In this document: piece after piece, positions 49,401 to 61,326 of the stretch
How positions within the stretch are numbered: the first letter of the stretch is position 1
Layout of the letters: each line of letters starts with the position of its first letter
From: Felis catus
Taxonomy: Eukaryota
DNA: 64,000 nucleotides
Assembly: GCF_018350175.1 (NCBI RefSeq)
Contig: NC_058369.1
Span: 930,001-994,000, forward strand
Direction of reading: 5' to 3'
Program-made: the position numbers and the translations under genes
Notes under the pieces: model-generated
Seen by the model: the letters and a program-made list of their open reading frames with translations, nothing else
What the model was told of the DNA's origin: nothing
Database searches by the model: none

Positions 49401-51999
49401 CAGAAGGGAGATGTGGTCCCTATGGCTGCCCCGTGGCGGGCGGTTCAAGAGGGGAGGGGTGGAGACAGACATCAGGGGGAGAGAAGGGCTGGCCTGTGGG
49501 GGTAATGAGCAGAAGACGGGGGGGGGGGGCTCTTGACGGCGTGGGGGTGAGGACACAGCCACCCATCGGCGCTGGGTGCGGGGCCACCCTCCGAGCAGGG
49601 ACATCTCGGCGCTGGTGGCAGGAATGACTGGGGCATGGGAAGTTCACGTGCCGTCCGTGCCCAGGCCCCACGGGATGGAGCCAGCGCCTGGCCGGAGGGC
49701 TGTGCACCAGGGGCAGCAGGTGAGTGGGTGAATGCATCAGGGCTGAGCCCCAGCCCCGGACTGAACCCCGACCCCGGCGGGGCCCCCGCTGCGGACCAGA
49801 CCCAACCACACCGAGCCTCTTTCCCCCGGGCCCCAGCCGCCTCCGAGAGCCGTGCTACCCGCCGAGGGCGGCCCTTCCCCCCTCTTGGCCTGGTGCCTAC
49901 GGCTCCTGACTCAGGGGCCCCCAGGGCCTGTCCTGCCACATTCCGGGGTGGCCTGTGTAAACACGGGGTGCCTCCTCGGCGGCCCCCATGGGCATTGTTC
50001 GTCCTAGTTCCCGGGGACCAGGGCGTGGGCAGGGGACAGGGAGCCGGCCGGATTCCCGCCACCTGCCCACGCACCCACCCACGGGGCGGCCCCACTCACC
50101 CCTGCCCCTGGCAGCGAGGGGGCCCTCCTGTCTCTCCCCGGCACGCGAAGGGCGAGCTGCTTCTCCTGGAGTTCTCCAGGTCCCCTGAGCTTCACAGATG
50201 AGGCGGCGCACACAAGCCCATGGCTCAGCCGGGGAAACTGAGGCTCAGGCCCCAGCCCGAGGCCCGCAAGGCTCACACACCGGGTTCGCCTGCCCCGCCA
50301 AGCTGTTCCACGTGCTTCCTGGCGTCTTCCCGAAATGCGGGGAGGGCATTCCCTGCCGCCAGCACCGCACCACTCCGAGGAGCTTGGGTCTCACCCGGCG
50401 CTTCTGGGAAGAAGCCAGGAGGGCAACGTGGTCTCTCTCGGGGCTCACACGGGGGAGCTGGCCCTCAAAGGCCCAGGCTGCTCGGGGTGACCGGGAAGAA
50501 GGCGCTGCTGGGTAATTCTGGAGCTGGTGTGGGGACTGCGTGCTGCTTCCTGGGTGTGTGCTGAGGGCCACGGGGAGCCCTTGGCGGTTAGCCGCCCCCC
50601 CCGCCCCGGCCCGGCCACCCTGTCTGGAGCCGGGACCCCGCGTGGACTCTCCCCTTACCCGGCTCAGCCCACCCCCCACCTCACAGCCTCCCCAGCCCCC
50701 TTGCGGCTCCCCAAACAGCTCGTCCTGGCCGTCTGCTCCTCTCATCGTGCCCGGCTAGCTCCTCCTCGGCCTTCAGCTCTCAGCCTGGGTGCTGCCTCCG
50801 CCAGGAAGCCTCCCAGAGCAAGCCAGGCCCCACTCCTCTTGTAGGAGTTTTTGCAGTTTCCGGTTCCGGTTACTCCTCCACGGAGTAACCGCTTGATCCC
50901 GTGATCACCGGATTAGGGTCCCCCAAGGGCGGGGCGCGAGGCTTTCTTACTCCATGAGGTATGGCGCACGATGGGTGCTCGTGGGTCTGGAGGGCGGCCG
51001 TGAAGACAGAGGCAGCGTGGCGTGGGGGGTTCCTGGTTCTTAAGGCCAGGCTTGGGGCCTGGGCGATGGTGTCCAGGGGAGGGAAGGAGCAGAAGCCACT
51101 GGGCCCAGGCTGCCAACAGATCTGGGTTCAAATTCTGGCTACACCGTGTTCTGGCTGTATGCCTGGGGCAGAGGCTGCCCTTCCCAGGCCTTGGTTTCCC
51201 CTTCTGAAAATCAGGGCTCGGGAAGGTCACTTCCAGGCCCTAATGGCTACTCACACCTCCCTTTCCCTGTGCACACCACACTGAATCTCGCTTCGGCCCT
51301 GGGCAGTGGTGGCCACCAGAACACCTTTTTGCAGGTGGGGAAACCGAGGCACAGAGGGATGCGCTCATTTGGCCGAAGCCACATGAAGGGTTCAGTGCCC
51401 GGGACTGCCCGAGGGAGGGTCCCAGGTGGGTGTCTACTCCTGTTCTACGGGAGGGGCAGGCCAGTGGAGTCACCAGGGTGCTGGCTTTGTAGCTGGCACC
51501 GTGCCCTAGTTTGTTAGGCCCAGCATCTCCTGTACCCAAAGAGTGGGGGGCTGTGATTGGCCCCATCGTGCAGAACAGGACACTGAGGCCCCCCCAAAGC
51601 TGAATTAAACCACACGTGCTCCCTCCTGGCTGGGGCTTGACATTGGCCTGACTGCGTGTTTGCCAAGAAAATGTAAAAGGTTGCACAAATAGGTCCCAAG
51701 AGGCCCAGGGAGGGAGGCAGGCCCTGGTTCTTCGTCTTGGAGGTGATGACCACCCCTCTGTGGGTTCCCAGGCATCTGGGCCCAGGCCTGGCCCCTACTT
51801 GCCCCTGTGTAGACAGGAGTTTTCAAATGGCCAGCAGGGAGTGTGTGAGGCGGGATCTGTGGGCGACAGGTGCTTGGAGTCACCGGAACTCTCTGTACTC
51901 CTAGGATTGGAAGAGTCTCCAAACTGGCAGGCCTCGTGTACCCCTCCCACCTCCTTGCCCTCTTGAGGGGTGGGAAAGGTACAGAACCAAGATCTATAA

Positions 52000-53050
52000 A
52001 AAGAAAAATCTTCAAATCTGGCTCTATAAAGACTACATGCTTCTGAATCAAACAGACACGCAGCTGAGGTTAGATGAGGTGAGACAGCTGGGGAGAAAAA
52101 CATTTGTAACACTGTAACAGAGGGATTCATAGCCTTCCTATACAAAGAGTTCCTACAAATCAATAAAAAAAAAAACCCACAAAACAACCATACAGAAAGC
52201 CAGGCAAAGAAATGAACATTAGTTCAGGCAAGAAGAGATACAAATGGCAATTAAGGGCCAGCAAAAAAGAAGCTTAAAGTCACTCATGATGAAAGAAATG
52301 CAAACAGATACCCAAACAAGAAAACGCCTACTGTCTTTACAACTGGCAAAGTGGTAGACGTCGGTCACGTCCGCTAGTGATGAAGCCAAGTGTGGGGGCT
52401 GCGTATTTCAATAAAGAAACTCTAAGGGCGCCTGGGTGGCTCAGTCGGTTGAGCGTCCGACTTCGGCCCAGGTCATGATCTCACGGTTCGTGGGTTCGAG
52501 CCCTGCGTCGGGCTCTGTGCCGACAGCTCAGAGCCTGGGGCCTGCTTCTGATTCTGTGTCTCCCTCTCTTTCTGCCCCTCCCTGACTCATGCTCTCTCTC
52601 TGTCTCAGAAATAAATAAACATTAAAAAAAAATAAAAAAAATAAAAAAGAAACTCTACATCCCTTTGAACTCCCCCTCCAATGTCAGTCCTAACGCTAAT
52701 AAATCTGGTAACAATGAGAACACAAGCAGGGATGTGCATTAGAATTGTGGTTTGTGACGGCGATCGCTTGGAAACACTTGGAAACGACCAGGAAGAGAGG
52801 ACACAGGAGGAGACCACAACGTAACCGGGAATGCCGTCCTTGCCTTACGGCCCGTGGGGTCTGCACGCACATTCTGAGCAAGCAAGAGGTCTCAGGTGGA
52901 GGTTCGGATGAAATGCAAGTTTGAGACCCACGGCACCATTTTGGGGGTAGAGATTTTGTAAAGGAAAAAAGCATGTATCGAAAAAGTGCAGGAGGAAATG
53001 CCCCAGGGCTCAGCGGTTACTCTGGGCGTGGGGGGGGGGGGGGAGTTTCA
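52000..53050 (+). mobile_element. Ancient L1 ORF2 C-terminal relic, interrupted by a SINE
   Basis: aaagagttcctacaaatcaataaaaaa...ggcaaagaaatgaaca...gaaatgcaaa motifs. Confidence 0.65.
52425..52645 (+). mobile_element. CAN-SINE
   Basis: Full length; TSD aaagaaactcta at 52413-52424 and 52646-52657. Confidence 0.93.
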
Positions 53051-54559
53051 GTTCTTACTTGATATTTATATTTAAGAAGTGGAATTAGCTGAGAAGTTGG
53101 ACATTATTTTCTGGGTATGTGTGTGTTGGTATTTTTTAAACGAAAGGAAAGCTCAGTTTTCGGCCTCGCGGCTCAAATTCTGTAACCCTGCAGAGCCACG
53201 GGATGGGGGTGGGTTTCTGCCGGGGGTATCCCCAACCCCCAGTGACAGTGCCCGCTGGGTGCTCCCTGAAGGGGACAGGCCTCCGGCTGCCCTGGGGTCC
53301 TCTGGGGGAAAACCCTGGTGCTCCAGGGAGGGCCCCCCCCCCGCCCCCCGGAGGGATCCCAGGACTAGCAGAGCACAGCGGCGTTGCAGAGTCCAGCGAG
53401 GCCACGCCCCCACAGAACCCCGGGTTCTTGCCAGTTAGAGGGGACTCGTCTGTGCACCACACACCAAGGTCGAGAGGGAGCCTCCAGGTCCCCGGCAGGT
53501 GCTGGGGGAGCATAGAGGGGCAGCCCCTTCACTCAGGGCAGGGACAGCCCCTAGCACTGCCCAGGAGGAACTGGGTCATGTGGGGTCATGGATCCTCTCC
53601 TGTGAAGGCCACTGGTCTCAGTTTCCCCGTTTGTACCGAGGCCGGAGGGGCATCGAGTCCCCGCCTCTGAGCCCCGTAGGTCCCCAGCTCTTGGGTTCTC
53701 AGGGCCTGGTCTTCCCTCCCCCGCCCGTGTCCATTTCCTCCCACCCCCAGCCGGCCCCGGGGCAGGACAGAACTCCAGGTGCCAGGCTGGCCCATGACCT
53801 CTCTGTGCCTCATGTTTACGAGGTCTGCAAAATGGTCATGAAGAGCAAGAAACTCACCCACCAACTCCTAATCCCCCCGCCCCCACCCCCCGGCCTGTGG
53901 TCCGGCTGTGCGAGCAACACCAGGGCCCCAGAGCCGAGCACACAGCCCAGCCCGTGCTGGGGCCTGGGCGGCCCAGAGGGGAGAGAAGAATCCAGGGAGG
54001 GGAGCGAGTAGAGGCCAGGCACCTACCATGTGCCCTAGGCCTGGTCTCCCTCCAGCGCTTCTCACCGCGGCTCCTGGGGCCTCGCCTCTCATTCCCACCT
54101 CAGGGCCTTTGCACAGCTGGTCCCCTGCCAAGAGCACCCGCCTCCCTCAGCCTCCAGCCTGTTATGCGGGGTTAGTGCCTCTTCTCCTTGCATGTGGCAA
54201 TACCCACAACTCTCTGATTTGCTCGTTCAGCGCCCCCCACCTCCAGTTCCATTGGGGCGGGCCCCGGGCCCGGCCTGGGCCTGGCAGACAGCAGGCACTC
54301 AATGCATGGGGAGGACGCGGTGGCCCTCATTTCACAGGTGGGGGACCTGGGGCTCAGAGGGACGGCCTGAGGTCAGATAGAGAGTGGTGCCTGGCCGGGG
54401 GTGGGGGTGGTGGGGTCCCAGGACAGCTGGTGGGGCCCACCGGAGTGGCCCGAAGGCTGCCATGTGCAGGAGGGAGTGGGGAGGGAAGGAGGGGAGGCAG
54501 CAGCTGGCGGCTGGCCCTGGGCCAGCTCTGTCCTCGGCTGGGAGGGGCCTCGTGCGGGG

Positions 54560-54715
54560 CGGTCTCTGTCTCTCTGTCTCTGTGACTCTCTTTCTGTGTC
54601 TTTGTCTCTGGGTGTCTCTGTCCCTGTCTCTCTCCCTCTCCTGTCTCTATCTCTCTGCCTGCCTCTATCTCTCCATCTCTGTCAATCTCCCCTTTCCTAC
54701 CCTTGTCCCCTCACC
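54560..54715. repeat. CT-rich low-complexity tract
   Basis: Read directly; a similar tract lies at 57420-57510. Confidence 0.8.
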
Positions 54716-56199
54716 CCCAGCCATCAGGGCTGAAGCCTGGGCCCTTCACCTCCACCTGCCTTTGTGAGTGGACAGGACCCGTCCCTGCCTCTGGACTCCC
54801 CATTATGGTCCCTAGTCTTCCCCACATGGGGAGCCTGGGAGACACTCCTCATGGGCTGGGGGACCCTGAACAAGTCTCCCCATTGTGAGGCTCAGTTCAC
54901 CATCTGTAGAATGTTTGTGGCACCTGGGACTGGATGTGCTGGACATGGGTGCTGGCGGGGAGGCGGGGGGAGGGGACCGCAGGCTGAAGGCCCTGGCCCC
55001 TCAGGGCTCACAGCCAGCCTAGGGGAGAGACGATGACGAAGGAGTCACTTTACAGGCATCCGAAGCTGTCCTGGGGGTCAGAACAAGTGGCCAGAGAGAG
55101 TCTCAGGGAGGGGCTATGGAGGCTGGCAGTGATCTTGGTAGGCTCACGGCTAGTGCAAAGGCCCTGAGGCCCAGGGCCATCCTCAGCCAGGCCTCTGGGT
55201 CCCTGACTCCAGGCCACACGGTGAGCTGACTTGCTGACCCTGTGCACTTGCTCCCCAGTTAAGGGCCCCCCCCCCCGCCAGGCCACGGGGAAGGCGGTGG
55301 GCAGGGGCTGCGGCAGAGAGCACTGGGCAGAAGCGGAGAGCTGGGCAGCCCCCCACCAGGACGATCCACGGTCCAGATCTACATGTCCCCAACCCTGCCG
55401 GCACAGCCATCCCGCCGAACCTCCAAACCTCCCTGACAACAGAATCCATCACTGCAGAAATATCCTGGGGCCTGCAGTTTAATCACTCTCTGATTTGCAT
55501 TTTTGCATATTAACGACGGCAGAGCAGCTAATTTTGCCGCAGTATTTTAAAGGTGCAGAAACTCTGGAACTGTGCAGGGGGTGAGGACAGGTCCCTCACT
55601 CAGCCTGCGGGCTGTGGGCTCCCAGGGATAGGCTCCCTGCTGGTCAGTGACACCGCTGCCCTGGAGTCACAAGGACCCCACCCCTCAGGAGTCACGGTGT
55701 CTTCCGCTCTTGAAATCGGGCATCAACCTCCGCAGCGGCCAGGGGAACGGGATTCTGAAATTTTCCACGGGTGGCTGCACCCTGAGCACCCCGTACTGGG
55801 AAAGCTTAGGATCAGAATCTGTCTTAAACCTTTGGATTCTGTCGCGGCCTCTGATGGCGCTAGCATCCAAGGCCTCTCTGCAGCTCCAGCAGAGAGCTGC
55901 ACCCTACATCTGGCCCTGGCGGGCTCTCAGCTCAGCCCCGGGCGTGCCTTTCAGCTCCCACTGGTTGCCCACCTCTGGGCCTTTGCACATGCTGTTCCAT
56001 CACCTGCCGGGCTTTTCCTTTTCCAACATCGTCTCTCCGGAGAGGCCCTCGTGCCACCACGCATGGGTCCAGTCCAGTCACCTACACATCCCCACCGTGA
56101 AGCCGGGAAACTTGACCGGCCAGGCCAGTGCTCCGGGTCACACGGGGTCCTCCCGGTGGCCGCAAGGGTGCTGGGCCGCGGAGGGGCTCCGGGAGTAGG

Positions 56200-56800
56200 G
56201 CTAAGGCCTAAGGTGCGCCCTTGGGTTCGTGCTGCCACCTAGTGGCGCCCCTGGGTGAGGCCGCGGGTCTTCCGCGGAGCCCACACGGCTCTCGGGGACC
56301 CCTGGGAAGCCCCTGGGGAGACGGAGAGACTACCTCGAGGGCTGGACTCCCACGGGCGCGACAGAGGGGCTTCGACGGCGAGGAGGGAAACGGGGGCCGA
56401 CCCTGCGGCCTGACCGCCAGGCGCGCGCGCAGCCCGGCGGGACGCGCAGCACGGCCCGCGCCGCGGCCCAAGTCCACCAGGGGGCGCCCGCCGCCCGCGG
56501 CAGCCAGGGCCCCCCCCCCCCCCGCGCGTGCCCGTGCTCCGCGTGAGCGACCGAGGACGCGCGCCCTGGTGCTCCCGTGCACGTGCGTGCACATTTGCGT
56601 GTCCGCACGTGCGAGGCCCGTTTGTGTTCGTTCGCGGCTCATCCGCTTACCTGCCCTCAGGGCACAGTCACAGGTGCGCGGCTTCGTGTGCTGCGCAGCG
56701 CATCCACGCACGCGCATGTGCCGGCAAACGTGCCTGTCCGCAGGTTCTGGCATTTTCTGCATGTTCACGTAGGTGCGTGTCCCAGCTCGGCGTCCCCTCT
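56200..56800. promoter_or_regulatory. Intergenic CpG island with two CTCF motifs
   Basis: CCACTAGGTGGCAGC on minus at 56231-56245; CCACCAGGGGGCGC on plus at 56474-56487. Confidence 0.65.
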
Positions 56801-59800
56801 GGTTAGCGCTGGCCGGCGCTTGATCCTCTGCCCCACCGCCTTGCTTTCCTTTGTTGACTGACCACCGCCTGTCCTCCCGTGTCGAGCGGTGCTCTCAAGG
56901 CACCTCTGGTGTCTGCGCCCGCTGGGCACCCAATAAACCGCTCCGAGGCCCCCAGAGGCATGATTAGGGGGAAATCTATGCCCAGCTCCAGCAACCCAGC
57001 GGAAGAGGACCAGTTCCGGACAGCCTGCTGAGCTGGGGGAAAAACCCCTCTCTCGTAGCCCGCCTGCCTCTCCACTCCTCTGGCGTGGGAGGGGCCTCCT
57101 CCCTCCTTACCATTCCCTCTCTACCCCACGAACTCCTATTCGTACTGCAGGGTCCTGTGCTATTGACCCTTCACCTAGGACGCGTTCCCTGGTCCCCCGG
57201 GTGTGAACGCTGAGCGGGCAGGGCATCGGCTTCCCCCCGGCTCACAGACCTGCTGGGTGAGCTCCGTGGTGGGGTGGCGGCTGCTGTAACTGGGCGCCCA
57301 GGCCACGTCTGCAGACAATGGTTCATTAAAGGTGACTTCCAAGGATGGGTGAATGCTGGTTCCCAGACCCCACCCTCGTGGCTGTTAACGCTTAAAGAGG
57401 CTCTGATGTGAAGCCTGTCCCTTCCTCTCTCTGTCCTTCCCTCTGTCTCTCCTTCCCTCTCTCCCTGTCCCTTCTCTTCCTCTCCTCCCTCGCTCTGTCC
57501 CTCTGTCACCCCCTGGCCCTGGCCACCCCTCCAGCCCCCGTGGGCCATCTCCTTGGCAACGGTGGCCACAGGGTCAGCCATTCGATCAATCTCCTCTCAC
57601 CCCGGAGGCCCCAACCCTGGACCCGGAAGGTGACGAGGAAGTGGGGTCAGGCGTGGGTGTCTGGGTGGGGGGAACGCCGTGGGGTTAGCACAGGGGTCAC
57701 TCAGGCAGAGTGGTGGTGGGGTCAGCAGGGTCAGAGGTCAAGCGAGCCCTGGGCAGGCACTGAAGGTATGACCCTCCCAGGGCGTCCGTTTCCCCAAGGC
57801 AGGGGCTCTCTGGCTTACAGCCTCTATGCGGGGTCCAGTCCGGTTCCTCGGAGCCCTCGGGGTGTGTGGGGCATGGCCCCCCCCAGGCGAGAGCAAGGCC
57901 CAGTCCTCACCCCAGTTTACAGCTGGTAACAAGACCACCCCTCCAGGAACCGGTCAGGGCGGAGGCTGGAAACCGGGGGTGCGGACACAGCACACGGGGC
58001 GATCAGGTTCACATCCCACCCCCTGAGCCGCCTGCCCTCACTGTCCCAGAAGGTTCTGCCATCACTGCCTCTGAGCAGTCCACCATTACTGCTTCTAGCA
58101 TATTCCATCGTTACTGCTTCTGGAACAGTCCTCCATCATGGCCTCTGGAAGAGTCCACCTTTCCAGTGGTGAGAGGCTCACTGTTCTCGCAAGGCAGGAA
58201 GCTGTCCGGGGCCTTTAAGGTTCTCCCTTTCAGAAGCGGGGAGGCAGACAGGCGGGCGGGCAGGGGAAGGTCCCCCAAACACGCCAGGAGGACGTGGCTT
58301 TCTCCCGGGTTCTCCAGAGCCGTGGGGACAGCTCAGCGGGGCAGCTGGGCGATGTGGGGGCCACAGGGCCCCCCACCTCAGGTCGATCGGCTGGGCCCTG
58401 CAGGGACATCGATTGCTAAGTATGTTTGTATAGATCCTGGGACAGGTAGCCCAGGCTTGAAAGGGGAGGGGAGGCAGGGCCAAGGGGGCCCTCTGGGGAC
58501 CTTGGGGGGCTGAGTGGAGATGCTGGCGGGAGAGGGGGCACCGGCGTGCAGAAGATACCTCATCTGCTCGCTCCCCTTTCTGAGCCGCAGTTTCCCCATC
58601 CGGACAAGGGGGAGGGGGTGCAGATGTGGAGGAGGTTTGCAGTGGGTGGGCCTTCTGGGGTCCCCCTTTCCAGAGGAGCCCCCCCCCGCCCCCCAGCCGG
58701 AGAGGTCAGGCTGCTGGCTCCGGGCCACACAGTCTGGAGGTGGGGGCCGCCGCGCGCTTCGCGGACGCGGGGAGACGGTCTTTCCCCAGAGGCTCCCCCC
58801 GCCGCCGGCTCCGCGGGACGCTGGCCCNNNNNNNNNNNNNNNNNNNNNNNNNNNNNNNNNNNNNNNNNNNNNNNNNNNNNNNNNNNNNNNNNNNNNNNNN
58901 NNNNNNNNNNNNNNNNNNNNNNNNNNNNNNNNNNNNNNNNNNNNNNNNNNNNNNNNNNNNNNNNNNAGCGCGAGGCTTCTTGTAAACGGCTCCCCGCAGG
59001 GCGCGGGGGGCCCGGTGCCCGTGCTCCCCCGGGAGGGGGCGTGGCTAGGCGGTGCCGGGTCTGCGGGTTCGGACGCCGAGGCGCGAGAGGGGTCCCCTGT
59101 AGCCGGGCGGGGGGGGGGGCCTCGCGTACCCCGCCGCATTTATGGAGTGCCTCCTGTATGCCAGGTGTGTGCGGGGCGCACGAAACCAAGAGTCGCTACA
59201 TAGAAACACGTAATCCGCTCCATTATTGTCATTAAACAGTAATACGGCTCAGGAATGTTCCCTGCGGTCCCGTGGAGCCTCTGCGCGCCGCATTTTTTTT
59301 TTGTGGGGGGGGATCTATGATTCCATTATAGAGTCGGGGAAACTGAGGCCGGGCCAGAGAAGCTGAGCCAGAACACGCATGCCCCCGCTCGCTCCCCGGG
59401 GGACTTCTCTGGTGAGGTCATGTGGAGAGCGACGTTTTGGGGGGCCAGCCGGACCACCGTCCCTACCCCTTTCTGCACCTGCACTCCGGGAGGGGGCTGG
59501 CCCCCGGGGGCGGGCAGGACTGAAGGCACGTCGACCCCCAGTGTGGACTGAAGAGGCTGCGAATGGGAAGGGGACGAGTGGAGAGGAACTGACCGTCTTC
59601 TGGGTGTGGGGCTGGGGGCGGCCACTGCACCAGGTGTCCAAGCATCAGGAGAAAGCTCCACTCACCAGAGGCGCAGGCGCTGGCGGGGGACCCGCCATGA
59701 GCTGTAAGCCCCGGCCTCCGCCCACACTCACCCCTGCCAGGCTCCCACAGGCCCAGTTCCAAATGCTCCCACGGCGAACGTTTGCTGATCGACTCCACAA

Positions 59801-60706
59801 CCGTACTTAGCAATAACGGTAATAGTGGTTTAAATCGCAGCTGTTTCGCTTTGGCTTTTGATCACGATCCGGGCCTCGTCCGCCTAAAAACCTCTGTAGG
59901 TCAGTCGTTCCCAGCATGTACTGAGTGGGCCGTATGCCCCAGTGACCCACTGCATCCCCGCAACGGCCCCGAGGCCGCAAATAGCACCGACCTGGTCTAC
60001 AGATGGGGGACAGAGACTCAGGAAGGCGGACACTCTTGTTCCTGGAACCCAGGAGACGAAATTCCAAGCCTGAGCCAGCTGTGTCTGATTGTCGGGCTGC
60101 CTCTAAGAGGAGTGATCATGGGTTTTGAAGGCTCCGAATGTGGGGAAACTGAGGCACAGAGTCACGGAGGGGCCCGAGGGCCTCCCAGAGCTTCAAGGAG
60201 AAGCCAGGAGGAACTTCCAGGCAGACAGTGACGATTAGCCAGGCTTGGGCCACAACCACACAGTACAACCTTGCTCACTTCACCGGGAGCCTCCTACCTG
60301 ACCCTGAAGGGGCCTGACCACAGAGGGAGGGGGCAGGGAGGAGGAGTCTCAGCAGCGGGAGGTCCAGGGAGGGGAGCAGGCTCCTGCCCTGCTACAGGGG
60401 GTTCCAGACCTGACAGCCAGAAAGGCCCTACACACAGCAAGAGCTTAATAGACGCAGAGCAAGGCCCTGTCCAGGGCTCCCAGGCCTCCGGGGAGGAACA
60501 GAGGAGGGGGGAGGGGGCCCAGCCATGCCGGCTCAGAGCGCCCCCTGCCTCCGCACGGGCCCAGGTGGGGCTCCCCCTCCCTCAGGCTGTCTCCCTCTCT
60601 CTCTGCCCTCTGCCCCTCTTTTGTGCTGCCACAGCGGAGGGCCCTGCCTCTCCCACTTCTCAGCTCCGCCTCGGCCCCTCCCAAGTCCCACTCAGGAGCC
60701 ATTAGC

Positions 60707-61326
60707 CAGGGCCTCTCCAGGTGCCCCCCCCCCCACCTCTCCAGGTGCCCTCTGCCCCCCAAGGGCCTCTCCAGGTGCCCCCTCCCTCTCCCCCCCCGCC
60801 CCCCCCCCCGCCTCTCCAGGTGCCCCCTCCCCCCCAAGGGCCTCTCCAGGTGCTCCCTCCCCCCCAGGACCTCTCCAGGTGCCTCCTCCCCACTCCCCCC
60901 CAGGGCCTCTCCAGGTGCCCCTCCCCCCCAAGGCCTCTCCAGGTGCCCCCTCCCCCCTTCCCCCCCAAGGGCCTCTCCAGGTGCCCCCTCCCCCCAGGAC
61001 CTCTCCAGGTGCCCCCTTCCCTCTCCCCACCAGGGCCTCTCCAGGTGCCCCTCCCCCCCAAGGCCTCTCCAGGTGCCCCCTCCCCCCTTCCCCCCCAAGG
61101 GCCTCTCCAGGTGCCCCTCCCCTCCAAGGCCTCTCCAGGTGCCCCCTCCCCCCTTCCCCCCCAAGGGCCTCTCCAGGTGCCCCCTCCCCCCAGGACCTCT
61201 CCAGGTGCCCCCTTCCCTCTCCCCCCCAGGGCCTCTCCAGGTGCCCCTCCCCCCCAAGGCCTCTCCAGGTGCCCCCTCCCCCCTTCCCCCACAAGGGCCT
61301 CACCAGGTGCCCCCACCAAGGGCCTC
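60707..61326. repeat. GC-rich minisatellite, 19 monomers with core CCTCTCCAGGTGCCCC and a ~130-bp 4-monomer higher-order unit
   Basis: Counted directly; aaggg-headed monomers start at 60836, 60967, 61097, 61163 and 61293. Confidence 0.97.

Noticed and set aside
60707-61326. CRISPR-like repeat-spacer appearance of the array
   Set aside because: Mammalian DNA; the spacers are C/T homopolymer variants of each other, not unique sequences; no cas genes.
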